A DNA stretch of 63,987 nt, counting the filler, from Octopus bimaculoides (Eukaryota), in the NCBI RefSeq assembly GCF_001194135.2. It is 3 parts of 3 records of this genome, joined end to end, with 100 filler letters (N's around TTAATTAATTAA, not from the genome) between each part and the next. Parts side by side here need not be neighbours in the genome. Positions count along the whole stretch, not along the records: positions 37,074 to 63,987 come from NC_069000.1; 2 more parts are not named here. The stretch is one strand, 5' to 3'. Each line of letters starts with the position of its first letter. Within the stretch, counting starts at the first letter, position 1. Position numbers and translations under genes: made by a program. This document shows, one piece after another, positions 39,079-53,445 of this stretch. The notes beneath the pieces are model-generated. The model saw only the letters and a list, made by a program, of their open reading frames with translations. It did no database searches and was not told where the DNA came from.

Positions 39079-39112
<34 letters not shown>

Positions 39113-39204
39113 TTCTCCCTCTCTCTGCCAAACATACTATTTCTCTCATTCTTGCTTTCTATGCCAGACTTACTATATCTACTAAACATCGCCAACTCTA
39201 CTGA

Positions 39205-39486
<282 letters not shown>

Positions 39487-39606
39487 TGAGTAATCTTCAA
39501 CACCTTTTGTATTCTTTAATAAGCGCTCTTTTATCATTGTATTTGTATATCAGCTTGTACTACACACCAACTCTCAATCCATTCACCATTTTCTCAACGT
39601 ATCAAC

Positions 39607-39647
<41 letters not shown>

Positions 39648-40356
39648 NNNNNNNNNNNNNNNNNNNNNNNNNNNNNNNNNNNNNNNNNNNNNNNNNNNNN
39701 NNNNNNNNNNNNNNNNNNNNNNNNNNNNNNNNNNNNNNNNNNNNNNNNNNNNNNNNNNNNNNNNNNNNNNNNNNNNNNNNNNNNNNNNNNNNNNNNNNNN
39801 NNNNNNNNNNNNNNNNNNNNNNNNNNNNNNNNNNNNNNNNNNNNNNNNNNNNNNNNNNNNNNNNNNNNNNNNNNNNNNNNNNNNNNNNNNNNNNNNNNNN
39901 NNNNNNNNNNNNNNNNNNNNNNNNNNNNNNNNNNNNNNNNNNNNNNNNNNNNNNNNNNNNNNNNNNNNNNNNNNNNNNNNNNNNNNNNNNNNNNNNNNNN
40001 NNNNNNNNNNNNNNNNNNNNNNNNNNNNNNNNNNNNNNNNNNNNNNNNNNNNNNNNNNNNNNNNNNNNNNNNNNNNNNNNNNNNNNNNNNNNNNNNNNNN
40101 NNNNNNNNNNNNNNNNNNNNNNNNNNNNNNNNNNNNNNNNNNNNNNNNNNNNNNNNNNNNNNNNNNNNNNNNNNNNNNNNNNNNNNNNNNNNNNNNNNNN
40201 NNNNNNNNNNNNNNNNNNNNNNNNNNNNNNNNNNNNNNNNNNNNNNNNNNNNNNNNNNNNNNNNNNNNNNNNNNNNNNNNNNNNNNNNNNNNNNNNNNNN
40301 NNNNNNNNNNNNNNNNNNNCCATATATATATATATATATACATATATATACATACA

Positions 40357-40402
<46 letters not shown>

Positions 40403-40403
40403 G

Positions 40404-40740
40404 TGAAGACGCATGGCTCAGTGGTTAGAGCGTCGAGCTTACAATCATGAGGTTGTGAGTTCGAATTCCGGAACGGGCTGCATGTTGTGTTCTTGAGCAA
40501 GACACTTTATTTCATGTCGTTCCATTTCACTCAGCTGTAGATATGAGTTGCAATGTCACAGGTGCCAAGCTATATCGGCCCCTTTGCCTTTCCCTTGGAT
40601 AACACTGGTGGCGTGGAGAAAGGAGGCTGGTATGCATAGGTGATTGCTGGTCTTCCATAAACAACCTTGCCTGGACTTGTGCCTGGGAGGGTAACTTTCT
40701 AGGTGCAATCCCATGGTCAGTCATGACCGAAGGGGGTCTC
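40404..40740 (+). mobile_element. tRNA-type SINE family D
   Basis: Head gcatggctcagtggttagagcgtcgagcttacaatc...gttcgaattcc; related copies at about 17325-17650 (+) and 21415-21720 (-). Confidence 0.85.
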
Positions 40741-41254
40741 AGCATACATATATATAATCATCATCATCGTTTAACGTCCACCTTCCATGCTGGCATAGGC
40801 TGGATAGTTTAACAAGCTCTTCTGTGTCTGTTCTGGCATGATTTTTACAGCTGAATACCCTTCCTAACACCAAGCACCCACCCAGCAGGGTGGACAGAAT
40901 GATTTTTGCATGGCACCATATATATATATTTATTTATGTATATATATATATTTATTTATGTATATATATGTGCCTCTAACAGAGAAGATTTTTATTGTTT
41001 ATATTATATTTATTATTATTTATTTATTTATGTCTTTTTTAAGGCTGTGAGCTGGTAGAACCATTGGCACGCTGAATGAAAAGCTTAGCAGTATTTCCTC
41101 TGTCTTCATGTTCTGAGTTCAAACTCCACCAGGGTCAACTTTGCCTGTCATCCTTTCGGGGTCAATAAATTAAGCACCAGTTACACACTGGGGTCAATGT
41201 AATCGACTTAATCCCTTCCGCCAAATTTGAAGCCTTGTGCCTATAGTAGAAAGG

Positions 41255-41308
<54 letters not shown>

Positions 41309-41311
<3 letters not shown>

Positions 41312-41686
41312 TAGTTTTATTTTTATAACGTGCTTTCACTTCACTACCGAGCGCAGCTCTGTGTGCCTTAGGTATGTGCTGTGGTTTGCTGTGATGCTCT
41401 TATGGTTACTGTATTGAAAGTGTTTTGTGTAGGATGTGTGCAGTGCCCAGTAGTGCAATTTTCTGTATGTTATATATATTTGTAAGTCCTGGTGTTTTTG
41501 TTATGTATTTGTCTGAATATTTTTTGTTATACCTAAGGCACCTACTATGATAGGAATTGTTTCTGTTTTTAGATTCCACATTCGAATTACCACTATTTCT
41601 AGGTCTTTGTATTTTGATAGTTTCTCCATTTCTTTTAGAGAAACATTGTCATCTATTGGTATTGATACATCGATTAGAAAGCATTT
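41309..41686 (-). mobile_element. 5'-truncated non-LTR element with restriction-like endonuclease (R4/Dong-like), inside a (TAA)n tract
   Basis: CFLIDVSIPIDDNVSLKEMEKLSKYKDLE...MWNLKTETIPIIVGALG...IQKIALLGTAHIL; (TAA)n on both sides. Not in the ORF track. Confidence 0.85.
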
Positions 41687-41954
41687 TTATTATTATTATT
41701 ATTATTATTATGTATTTTAAGGCGGTGAGCTGGAAGAATTGTTACCACACTGGAGAAAATGCTTAGCAGCGTTTCATCCGTCTTTAAAATTCTAGCAAGG
41801 TGGACTTTGCCTTTCATCCTTCCATGGTCAAAAACAAGTACCAGTTGTGTAAGGGGCTCAATGATGTCATCAACTTAACCTTTCCCTAAAAATGTCAGAC
41901 CTTGTGCCTCTAATAAAAAAGATAATTGATTTTAGATTTTCATTTTATTTGCAG

Positions 41955-42012
41955 AAATCTAGAAGCTCTAAACAAGGCAGCTGATGAAATCTCTCAGAAA
42001 ACTGGCAACACC
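41955..42012 (+). CDS. DECR1: DECR1 exon (NLEALNKAADEISQKTGNT)
   Basis: Acceptor ttatttgcag, donor gtaata; 58 nt, phase 2 to 0, in frame. Confidence 0.92.
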
Positions 42013-42207
42013 GTAATATGATTTCTCTTTTGATATTCTATGTCTTCATCTGACGTTCTCATGTTGCAGTATTTGGTAGATTTAGGGGTCATTGTATCTG
42101 CCATAAGTTAATCCTTTACCATTCATCATTTAACATCTAGTTTTTCCCTGCTGGACATAGTTTCTATAGCTGAATCCCTTTCCTAATGCCATACATTTGT
42201 ATCCATG

Positions 42208-42592
42208 TGGAGGCGCAATGGCCCAGTGGTTAGGGCAGAGGACTCGCGGTCATAGGATCGCGCTTTTGATTCCCAGACCGGGCGTTGTGAGTGTTTATTG
42301 AGTGAAAACACCAAAAGCATCACGAGGCTCCAGCAGGGGACGGTGACGAACCCTGCTGTACTCCTTCACCACAACTTTCTCTCACTCTTACTTCTTGTTT
42401 CTGTTGTGCCTGTAATTCAAAGGGTCAGCCTTGTCACACTGTGTCACGCTGAATATCCCCGAGAACTATGTTAAGGGTACACGTGTCTGTGGAGTGCTCA
42501 GCCACTTGCACGTTAATTTCACGAGCAGGCTGTTCCGTTGATCGGATCAACTGGAAACCTCGACATCGTAAGCAACGGAGTGCCAACAACAA
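42208..42592 (+). mobile_element. SINE family B copy in a DECR1 intron, about 65 nt before an exon
   Basis: Near-identical to 8563-8949. Confidence 0.9.
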
Positions 42593-42655
42593 ACATTTGT
42601 ATCCCGAAATATCTCAGTATTTGCTGAAAAGTTGCATTTTGATGTATTTCTACAG

Positions 42656-42890
42656 GTCGTTCCCGTCGCTGCAGATGTCCGGGATGTAGAAGCCATCGAA
42701 GCTGCTGTCAACAAATGCGAATATTCATTTGGTCTCCCCAACATTATTATCAATAATGCTGCTGGCAACTTTATATCACCAACAGAACGACTTTCTGCTA
42801 ATGCTTGGAAGACCGTCACAGACATTGTATTAAACGGCACTGCCAATGTGACTCTTGAAATTGGTAAACGACTCATTGAAGCCAAACAAG
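42656..42890 (+). CDS. DECR1: DECR1 exon (DVRD...IIINNAAGNFISPTERLSANAWKTVTDIVLNGT)
   Basis: Acceptor atttctacag, donor gtaaat; 235 nt, phase 0 to 1; SDR NNAAG motif. Confidence 0.97.
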
Positions 42891-43127
42891 GTAAATTAAT
42901 GACAATATGTCTTTGGAATTTCCTGAATGTTTTGTCTGTATTTTTGATGGATTTTATCAACATGTCTGGAGAAAATAGTATCTATTGGGTTATCAAATGA
43001 ATTTGTTCATTTTTTTTTTTTACCATTTATTTTAATCCTTATTTTTCATCAGAAATTCTAACAAATCAGTCAATGATATATTCTTCTTCTTTGTTCACAA
43101 ATTCTTGCCAACATTCCACTGACTGAA

Positions 43128-43349
43128 CCCTTTCATTACCATATTTCTTTTGGGATGCTCTGTGTTTCTTTCAATTAATTTTAAATATAACAAAGAATTT
43201 AGTAAAATAACTTAGTTATCATTAAGCTAGTGTTAGGAACATAAATTGTGACTAAGGTTTGGTGGAAGATTTTAATTCAGAACTTTTGAAAACAAGACAT
43301 TTGTACTACAGAGCCAGAGGTAGTTTCAGCCAGGTTGGTAACAAAAGGG
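43128..43349. mobile_element. piggyBac-type MITE (second family)
   Basis: TIRs CCCTTTCATTACC / GGTAACAAAAGGG; TTAA on the right, TGAA on the left. Confidence 0.7.
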
Positions 43350-43756
43350 TTAAAGACAGTGAGCTGGCAGAATCGCTTCCATACTGGTAAAAAATTTTAG
43401 CAACATTTCTTCCAACCTTACATTCTGAGTTCAAATATTGCCAGAGTCAACTTTGGTTTTCGTCTTTTCAGGGTCAATAAACAAGTACCAGTTATGCACT
43501 GGGGTCAATGTAATCAACTTACCCCCCTCCACTCTAAATTGCTGGCTTTGTGCCAAAATTTAAAGCCAATATTCTACTAGTTTGTCAATGCCTCAATGGT
43601 AGAAACCACCTGGTCTTTACTCAAAGAATTCATCAAGTCGCATTTTGAGCTTCATGTCTTTGTTGAAGAAAATGCCTTTCCAACTGTGTCACAACAGACA
43701 CCGAAGCCTGGTGCAGGCTCCCGCCTGGCCAGATCCTGTCAAACCATCCATGATGA

Positions 43757-43897
<141 letters not shown>

Positions 43898-46306
43898 TAA
43901 GACATTTTTATTCGTTTCTTTTAAATATGTGTGTGTGTGTGTTTGTGTATGTATGTTCATGTCTGTGTGCACACACGTGCATGCATGTGTGTGCATGCAT
44001 TGTTTTTCTCTTATATCCATTTCTTATTTCTTATATCCACAGTCATTGAACTGTGGCCATGCTAGTGCATGTTTAGTCAAATGGATCAGTCCTTAAACAG
44101 TTTAGTCAAATGGATTGGTCCCAGTACTTACTTTTTTTTTAGTCTGATCTTTATTCTATGGATTCCTTTTGCTGAACTGCTAAGTCACAAGAACATAAGC
44201 AAAGCAAAACTGGTTGTCAAGAGGTAGTCAAGAACCAGCACAATCGTAAGGATACGGACACACATGTATGTGTCTCACATCAAAGCACCCACTACCCACT
44301 ACACTCTCGGAGTGGTTGGCGTTAGGAAGGGCATCCAGCTGTAGAAACTTTGCCAAATCAGATTGGAGCCTGGTGCAGCCACTGGCCCCCTAAACCTCGA
44401 TCAAACTGCCCAACCCATGCCAGCATGGAAAACGGACGTTAAACTATAATGATGATGAAGGGGTGCTGCAAAATTCCTGGTTTTAGGGGTATCATGAAAG
44501 AAAGGCCTGCTTGGAAGCACAACCTTCAAAGTTCTTTTACAAGGCTTAGAATATCTGAAGGGCCATTACAGTCATTGTGTGAATCTGAGAGGGGGAATAT
44601 GGTGAATAAAATCATAATTAACTGATCCTCCTGTATTTTCTTTTACCCAAGCCATGAACCTTTCAGCCCACCCAACCACCCTCGTATTCTCATGCAACAG
44701 GACTCCACACAGTTTTTGTCTACCAAATTCACTCGACCCAGGGCCATAGTAGAAGACCTTGCCAAAGGGGCTCTGCATCAGGATTGAACCCGATACCACA
44801 TGGTAGCAAAGTGAGATTCTTGAACCACACAGCCATGTCTGAATAGTTTATTTTGATAGTGTGAGACCCCACTGAGAGATCTCATTCATTTCATGTATCC
44901 AGATGATACATCAATGTTTTACCTGGTCTGTGTTTCATCTCTGTACTTCAAGTGGACAAGCTCCCCATCGGGTCTGTCACTATCAAAATGAACTATACAC
45001 TATGGATAACTGTATANNNNNNNNNNNNNNNNNNNNNNNNNNNNNNNNNNNNNNNNNNNNNNNNNNNNNNNNNNNNNNNNNNNNNNNNNNNNNNNNNNNN
45101 NNNNNNNNNNNNNNNCCGTCGTATATATATATATATATAAATGTATGTGTGTGTATATGTTTGTGTGTGTGTTTGACCCCCCACCACCACCACCAACATC
45201 GCTTGACAACCGATGCTGGTGTGTTTACGTCCCCGTAACTTAGCGGTTCGGCAATAGAGACCGATAGAACAAGTACTAGGCTTCTAAAGAATAAGTCCTG
45301 GGGTCGTTTTGATTCGACTAAAGGCGGTGCTCCAGCATGGCCGCAGTCAAATGACTGAAACAAGTAAAAGAGTAAAATAGAGAGAGAGTATATAGGTTCA
45401 GTTCCACTGTGCAAGTGTTTTCTATTATAGCCTTAGACGAATTTGGTGTTATTTCTAGCGTTCAGCGGCTCACTTCATTAGATTGACTATGAAAGCATGA
45501 CGAAATGTCGGATGCTCTACCTCCAAATTGTGTTATTTATCGTTATATAAAAAAGTTAGTAAAATCAAGGGAAGTAATTCATAACAAACTAAAGGGACGT
45601 AACTTTTTACTTCCTAATGTTTTGTTAATAATTATCTCCCTTACATGTTTATGAATATTTTTCGTTTTTTTTTTTTTTAACCTTGATTCAGTCGTTTGAC
45701 TTCGTCCGAAGAATTTTGGTCGAACAAATCGACCCAATGATTATTTTCTTAAAACTGGTGCTCAGTTTCTGTTGCCGAACCGTAATTCAACGTGGTTGTC
45801 AAATGATTGTGTTGGCCAAACACTAACGCACACAAGATACACACACTCACATGTGTGTATACGTGTGTGTGTGTGTATCCATAAATTTGTTTAAAGGAAA
45901 TGTTTTGAATATGCAAATAAATCTTCTATTCCATTATGACGGCTACAGTCTAATGAAGCTGACTGGTGAACCAGTTTTTTGATGTTGCATCGAGCTGTAC
46001 CAATATAATGTAGGATAAATATAAGAATAATAACAATAATCCTTCGATGTAATTTATGAACATTTTATGTATCGCTATGCGTGTTTCCACAAATTACGTC
46101 TGTTAGGATCACAGTCCGTATTCTTTAGATGGTTACAGTGTAGCCCGTAGCATCCGTGGGTATCGGGTAGATTATCTTTACGGATACATTTCTTTAGGTG
46201 ATATAACATTAATGGATGTTTAACAGAGGGTTGTTTGGCAAGACTTCCCCCCCCCCTCCAAAAAAAAACACCCTTAAAATTTATTTTTTTTTCTACACAA
46301 GCCCTC

Positions 46307-46713
46307 TTTTCGGCTGCGGAGAGAATACGAATCTGCAAAAAATTGACAAAAAGTCGACATTTTTAAATTACCACCCCCACTCCCACCTCGCCCCCATTTC
46401 CTTCATTTTTTTTTACTTTTTTCAGAATTTTGTTTTCAAAATATTCGGGAAAATACGGAGATTATGATTCTGAAAAAAATTTCCAAAACATTTTGTAAAA
46501 TTTTTTTTTAAGGATTTTTTTTTTTTTTTCTAAATATGCGGAAAAACACGGACATTATGATTCGGACAAAAATTTGAAAACATTTCTGTAGTTACGGTTA
46601 GGGTTAGTGTTGGGGAAAAAAGTCAAAATTGAAGAATTTGGGGAGTGGGAAAGGAGGGGGGAATTTTACAATGCCGGATTTTGGCAATTTTCCGGAACCT
46701 CCGTATCCGAAAA
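46307..46713. mobile_element. MITE-like element with 15-bp TIRs
   Basis: TTTTCGGCTGCGGAG versus reverse complement TTTTCGGATACGGAG (13/15 identical); internal duplicated segment and GGTTAGGGTTAG. Confidence 0.55.
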
Positions 46714-47287
46714 CGGGGTTTTTTGGCAAAAAAATTTTTTTTAATAAACAAACTTGAGAGAAAATGGAGGGGGACATGGGCAGAAGTCTTTCCTGTTGTT
46801 TATACTGTTTGACCGGTGCGAACGTTAGTTCAGTTATGTGGTTATTTCTGTGTGTATTTTGTGGGGAGAAGGGGAAAGTGATGGAAAGAGAAGAATGAAT
46901 GGTGGTTATATAGGGATAGGGGTGCGCGTGCGTGTGCAGTTGTTGGACTTATTTTGCTGTTCAGTCTGCAGATGTCAAGGATGGGTCGTACATGCGTGTC
47001 TGTCTGTCTCTCTGCCCACCATCAAGGCTTGACAACCGGTGTTGGTTTGTTTACATCCCCATAACTTAGCAGTTTGGTAAAAGAGACTGGTAGAATAAGT
47101 ACCAGGCTTTAAAAAAAATAATAAAGTCCCAGGGTCGATTTATTTGACTAAACCCTTCAAGGCAGTGCCCCAGCATGGCCACCGTCCAATAACTGAAACA
47201 AGTAAAACAAAAATAGAGAATTATGTCAATATACGATGCCATTATACAATAAACCACAAAACCTTTTGGTTAAACATCATGTTTTAA

Positions 47288-47443
<156 letters not shown>

Positions 47444-47462
47444 TGATTATCATGTTTTCTAG

Positions 47463-47890
47463 ATCAGCAGTTCTCAACCATTTTCAATCTACAGACCCCT
47501 TTGGCTACTATTTTATTCTGGTGGACCCCACCATAGCCATTCGATGTTTAAAAACTAGTTTTGTAGAAACTTCTTTCAAAATCTTATTTTGTTTTTCACC
47601 CATTAACTTGTGTAGGTTGAACTACATAAAATGTTATAGAAAGAAACCCAGCTGTTTCTTGCAATAAATACCAATACATACATCTAAAAGCAGGGATCCT
47701 CAACCATATTTTATCTATGGACCCCTTTGATTACTATTTTCTCTGGTGGACCCCTGTAGCCATTTGATGTTTAAAAACTGGTTTTATAGAAACTTCTTTC
47801 AAAATTCCTATTTTGTTTTTCACCCATTAACTCGTATAGGTTGAACAATGTAAAATGTTAAAGAAGGAAACCCAGCTGTTTCTTGCAATA
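47463..47890 (+). repeat. Tandem duplication of about 225 bp beginning with a hAT-like end
   Basis: cagcagttctcaacc... and cagggatcctcaacc... followed by aligned sequence ending gaaacccagctgtttcttgcaata. Confidence 0.8.
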
Positions 47891-48796
47891 CATATATCAT
47901 CATCATCATTGTTTAATGTCCGCTTTCCATGCTGGCATTGGTTGGACGGTTTGACTGAGGACTGGTGAACCAGAGACTGCACCAGGCTCAGTCTGATCTA
48001 GCAAAATTTCTACAGCTGGATACCCTTCCTAATACCAACCACTCTAAGAGTGTAGTGGGTGCTTTTTACGTGCCACCGACACGAGGGCCAGTTAGGTGGT
48101 TCTGGCAACAACCACACTCAAAAAGTGTTTTTTACATGCCACCTGCACAGGAGCCAGTCCGGTGGCACTGGTAACGACCACGCTCACATGTTGTTTTCCA
48201 CGTGCCACTGGTACATGTACTAAATCAAAACTTCACTTGCCTTAAACTGTTACTATTGATCTCCACTTTACCATTTTGCTTGCATGTGGAAGCATGTGGC
48301 TAAGTGGTTAGGGTATTGGACTCATAATCGTAAGATTGTGATTTCGATTCCTGGACCAGGTGACACATTGTGTTCTTGAGCAAAACACTTCATTTCACAT
48401 TGCTCCAGTCCACTCCACTGGCAAAAATAAGTAATCCTACGATGGACCACCGTCCCGTCCAGGTGGGGAATATATATACCATGAGAAACTGTGGCACCAA
48501 AATGGTTAAGTCTACCATCTTTTTCATTTTCCATATTAGCAGTGTTTGTGTCTTAAATATTATCCAATATTATATCAACTCTGAGGTTCAACAGCCTGAG
48601 ATCGAATTCCACCACTCTTTCTCTTGTCTCTTTACACTTCCTTTGTCATGAACCTCACTCCTTCTGTCGTGGGTCCCTCCAAGAAACTGTGTCTAATCTT
48701 GACATTTCTCTCTCCAAAACCGTGAAAGTTATCTCCCTTACACATATCGAACAATTCTATTAATGGTCAACTGTTATTTCATGTTTTTCATATAAA

Positions 48797-49050
48797 GCAG
48801 TGGTTCCCAAAGTGGGGCGATAATGGGGTTGGGATTCTTGTAAAAAGTGGGGCGATAATGGGGTAGGGATTCATGTACAAACAACAAAATAATGGGTTCA
48901 ATACGTTAGGTTTTATTTGTGAAATACAATTGCTTTGAATTTGTTTCAGAAAGAGGTCTATGTTTGTGATGGTTAGTTGGGAGTGGGAGCCCTAGGAATG
49001 TGGCCTGGGTGTCAAGGGGGCAGCAACCCCAAAAGTTTGGGAACAACCTG
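48797..49050. mobile_element. hAT (Charlie-like) MITE
   Basis: Ends CAGTGGTTCCCAAA ... TTTGGGAACAACCTG; no clear 8-bp TSD. Confidence 0.6.
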
Positions 49051-49118
49051 GGGTCCACAGATCCTTGTTGGTCCACAAAGGTAGTACCGGGGGTCTATGA
49101 ACTAAATTCAAAATTTCT

Positions 49119-49160
<42 letters not shown>

Positions 49161-49183
49161 ATGTATATATCATCATATATATA

Positions 49184-49237
<54 letters not shown>

Positions 49238-49775
49238 GTATATCATCATTGCCATCATCGATGTTTAATGTCCGCTTTCCATGCTGGCATGGGTTGGACA
49301 GTTTGACTGAGGACTGGTAAACGGGAGGCTGCACCAGGTCCAATCTGATTTGGCAAGGTTTCTACAGCATGATGCCCTTCCTAATGCCAACCACTCTGAG
49401 AGTCTAGTGGGTGCTTTTTACGAGCCACTGGCACAGGAGTCAGTTAGGCAGCCCTGGCAAAGACCATATTTGAATGGTGCTTTTTATATGTCACCATCAT
49501 GGGTGCCAGTGAGGTGACACAGACATCAGTCATGTATATATATATTCTTTTATTCTTTTATTTGTTTCAGTCATTTAACTGTGGCCATGCTGGAGCACCA
49601 CCTTTAGTCGAACAAATCGACCCCAGACCATGGAAAACGAACTTTATTGAAACAACGAAAGAAACAAATAGAGAAACGAGACAGGCCACATAAAAAAACA
49701 ACCCCTTCATCAGTTGTCCCCTGTTTTATCTACTCCACATTTTAAACGTTAGGACATGTATACACCTGTGTATAA

Positions 49776-50009
<234 letters not shown>

Positions 50010-50091
50010 TAGTTGTTTTCTTCTTTTTTTCTTCTCAGACTCTAGTCTGATTTGGCATGGTTTCTACGGCTGGATGCCTTTCCTAAGAACA

Positions 50092-50127
<36 letters not shown>

Positions 50128-50286
50128 CGTAGGAGTGGCTGTGTAGTAACTACTTGCTTACCAACCACATGGTTCCAGGTTCAGTCCCACTCCGTGGCAC
50201 CTTGGGCAAGTGTCTTCTACTATAGCCTCGGGCCGAATAAAGCCTTGTGAGTGGATTTGGTAGATAGAAACTGAAAGAAGCCCATC

Positions 50287-50338
<52 letters not shown>

Positions 50339-50491
50339 TCATCATCTGTGTATATATATATATACATATATGTATGTATATATATATATGTGTGTGTGTG
50401 TGTGTATATATACATACATATATGCATGTATATATGTGTGTGTGTATACATATGGATGATGTTGATATATATGTATGTGTGTGTGTGTGTG

Positions 50492-50535
<44 letters not shown>

Positions 50536-50754
50536 CACACACATGCACATATATGGTTATTGCTCTATCTTCACTGACGGTTGCTGTCTCTTGGTGCTTT
50601 GCCATTGTCATTGTTACAGATCTGCATGGTTTGGAACATAAATAACAGACAAAACTTGCAACTTATGGTGCTCTTCCAACTGCTTAGGTCTGCACACATC
50701 GCCACTCTGCCATAGGACGTTCAGTAGACAGAATGACAAATGAGGTCACCATAA

Positions 50755-51012
<258 letters not shown>

Positions 51013-51144
51013 ACAGAAGATAACTCCTCTTGTGTCCTTGCTGAAAACATACTTCCATTGCCAATTCCACACATAAACTCTAAGACATACCATCATGTCA
51101 GTTTCCCAGAAGAGCAGATTATATTTTAGTTTATTTTTATTTGT

Positions 51145-51150
51145 ATTAAA
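51145..51150 (+). terminator. Possible DECR1 polyadenylation signal ATTAAA
   Basis: ATTAAA about 130 nt after the stop; it runs into a genomic A tract, so may be chance. Confidence 0.3.
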
Positions 51151-51197
51151 AAAAAATTGATGTGATTTCTGACTTTGACTACAAAATGGCAAATATA

Positions 51198-51231
<34 letters not shown>

Positions 51232-51333
51232 TCTTCCTTTTCCGCTTCTTCTTCCTCCTTTTCTTCTTCTTCTTCTTCTTATTATTATTATTATTATTAT
51301 TATTATTGTTATTATTATTATTATTATTATTAT

Positions 51334-51550
51334 AGGTGAGCTGGCAGTATCATTAGCATACCAGACGAAATGCTTAGCAGTATTTCACTCATCACTACGT
51401 TCTGAGTTCAAATTCCACTGAGGTTGACTTTGCCTTTCATCTTTTTGGGGTTGCTGAAATAAGTACCAGTTACACACTGGGGTTGATGTAATCGACTAGC
51501 ACCCCACCCCCAAATTTCAGGCCTTGTGCCTATAGTAGAAAGGATCATCC

Positions 51551-51584
<34 letters not shown>

Positions 51585-52740
51585 GGCAGTGAGCTGGCAG
51601 AATTATTAGCATACTGGACGAAATGCTTAGCAGTATTTTGCCCATCGCTGCATACTGAGTTCAAATTCCACAGAGGTCAACTTTGCTTTCCATTCTTTTG
51701 GGGACGATAAAAATAAGTACCAGTCGAACACCAAGGTCAGTGTAATCGACTCATCCCCTCCCCCCAAAAATGCTGCTCTTGTGACAAAATTTGAAACCAT
51801 TATTATTATTATTATTATTATTATTTTATGTTTGACTTTTGTTTTGCATTTGTACAAGTTGGATCCAAGTCTCACCCAGAGACCTCAAGAGACAACAAGT
51901 TAGAAGTTCATGTAGGTGTTATGCCTAGGGTACCATATATTTGGATTTGTACAGTTTTGTTCAAGTGNNNNNNNNNNNNNNNNNNNNNNNNNNNNNNNNN
52001 NNNNNNNNNNNNNNNNNNNNNNNNNNNNNNNNNNNNNNNNNNNNNNNNNNNNNNNNNNNNNNNNNNNNNNNNNNNNNNNNNNNNNNNNNNNNNNNNNNNN
52101 NNNNNNNNNNNNNNNNNNNNNNNNNNNNNNNNNNNNNNNNNNNNNNNNNNNNNNNNNNNNNNNNNNNNGGTATTGTTTTCGTCTTCAGATTCCACATTTT
52201 GCTAATTTCTATTTCAAGATCTTTATATTTGCTCAGTTTTTGGTAGGTCTTGACAGATACGTTTATATCAATTGGGACAGTCATATCAATGAGGAGGCAT
52301 GATTTTTGTCTGAAGTCTTTCAGTATGATGTCTGGCCTATTTGCGTCTATCTTTCTGTCAGTTTGAATGGTGAAGTTCCAGAGGAGTGCAATGTGATCAT
52401 TTTCAAGTACTGGGGGTGGTTTGTGTTCCCACCAGTTTTTATCATGGGGCAAGTCCAGGTTTTTGCATATTACCCAGTGAATATATTGTGCAGCTCTTAT
52501 TATTATTATAATTATTATTATTATTATTATAGATGAGCTGGCAGAATTGTTAGCCCACCGGCTGAAATGCTTAGCGGTATTTCGCCTATCACTACATTCT
52601 GAGTTCAAATTCTGCCAAGGTCGACTTTGCCTTTTATCCTTTCAGGGTCGATAAATTAAATACCGGTTGCATACTGGGATCAATCTAATCGATTATCCCC
52701 CTCCTCACAAATTTCAGACCTTATGCTTTTAGCTGAAAGG

Positions 52741-52792
<52 letters not shown>

Positions 52793-52990
52793 TTATTGTT
52801 GTTGTTGTTGTTATCATTAAGGTGGTTAGTTGGCTGAATCGTTAGCACACTGGGCAAAATGCTTAGCGGCATTTCGTCTATCCTTACGTTCAGAGTTCAA
52901 ATCCTGCCAAGGTCAACTTAACCTTTCATCCTTTCGGGTTCTACGTAATTGATCGTTTCCTCGCCCACTACATTGATGGCAGCGTGCCTA
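51334..52990 (+). mobile_element. SINE family E train (four copies) with embedded REL element
   Basis: Copies at about 51334-51545, 51584-51798, 52530-52742 and 52818-52990, each joined by (TAT)n. Confidence 0.85.
51827..52496 (-). mobile_element. Second 5'-truncated R4/Dong-like REL element, different 3' UTR, inside a (TAA)n tract
   Basis: HWVICK...WWEHKPPPVLEN...LWNFTIQTDRKIDANRPDIILKD...LIDMTVPIDINVSVKTYQKLSKYKDLE (PD..D..K motif); internal gap 51968-52168. Confidence 0.88.
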
Positions 52991-53323
52991 TGTTAGAAAT
53001 AGTTGTTATTTTTATTACTTGCATTGCAATTGGGTAGAAAGGAGAATTGATAGAGCATCTGAAAAATAGGTCGTGGCCTTCAGCTACACCCCTTTACATT
53101 CTGAGTTCAAATTCCGCTCAGTCCAATTTTGCCTTTTATCCATCCAAGGTTGATAAATTATATCCCACTTATCTACCAGGTTAGTATTATTAACTGCTCC
53201 AGTGGTTTCTAACCATTTGTTTGTTCAGTTATCAAAGTGCACTTGAGAACAAATAAAAGTATTTTTCCACATTTTGCTCAAAATGTCCAAAAAGTATATT
53301 TAATAAATGTATTTACCATATTT

Positions 53324-53445
53324 ACTCATGTATAAGTCGCACTCGTGTGTAAGTCACACTCGTGTTTAAGTTGCACTTGCGTTTAAGTCACACCCTTGTT
53401 TAGGTCACACTCATGCATGTCATGCTCATGTATAATTCACACCCC
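53324..53445 (+). repeat. 17-bp tandem repeat (actcgtgtataagtcac-like, about 7 units)
   Basis: Units read directly; starts from taccatatttactcatgtataagtcgcac, which resembles a Tc1/pogo-type TIR. Confidence 0.75.

Noticed and set aside
40404-40480. tRNA gene-like sequence with A and B boxes (also 8563, 42208, 50126, 60940)
   Set aside because: Each continues into a repeated SINE body and lacks a full cloverleaf acceptor stem; these are SINE heads.
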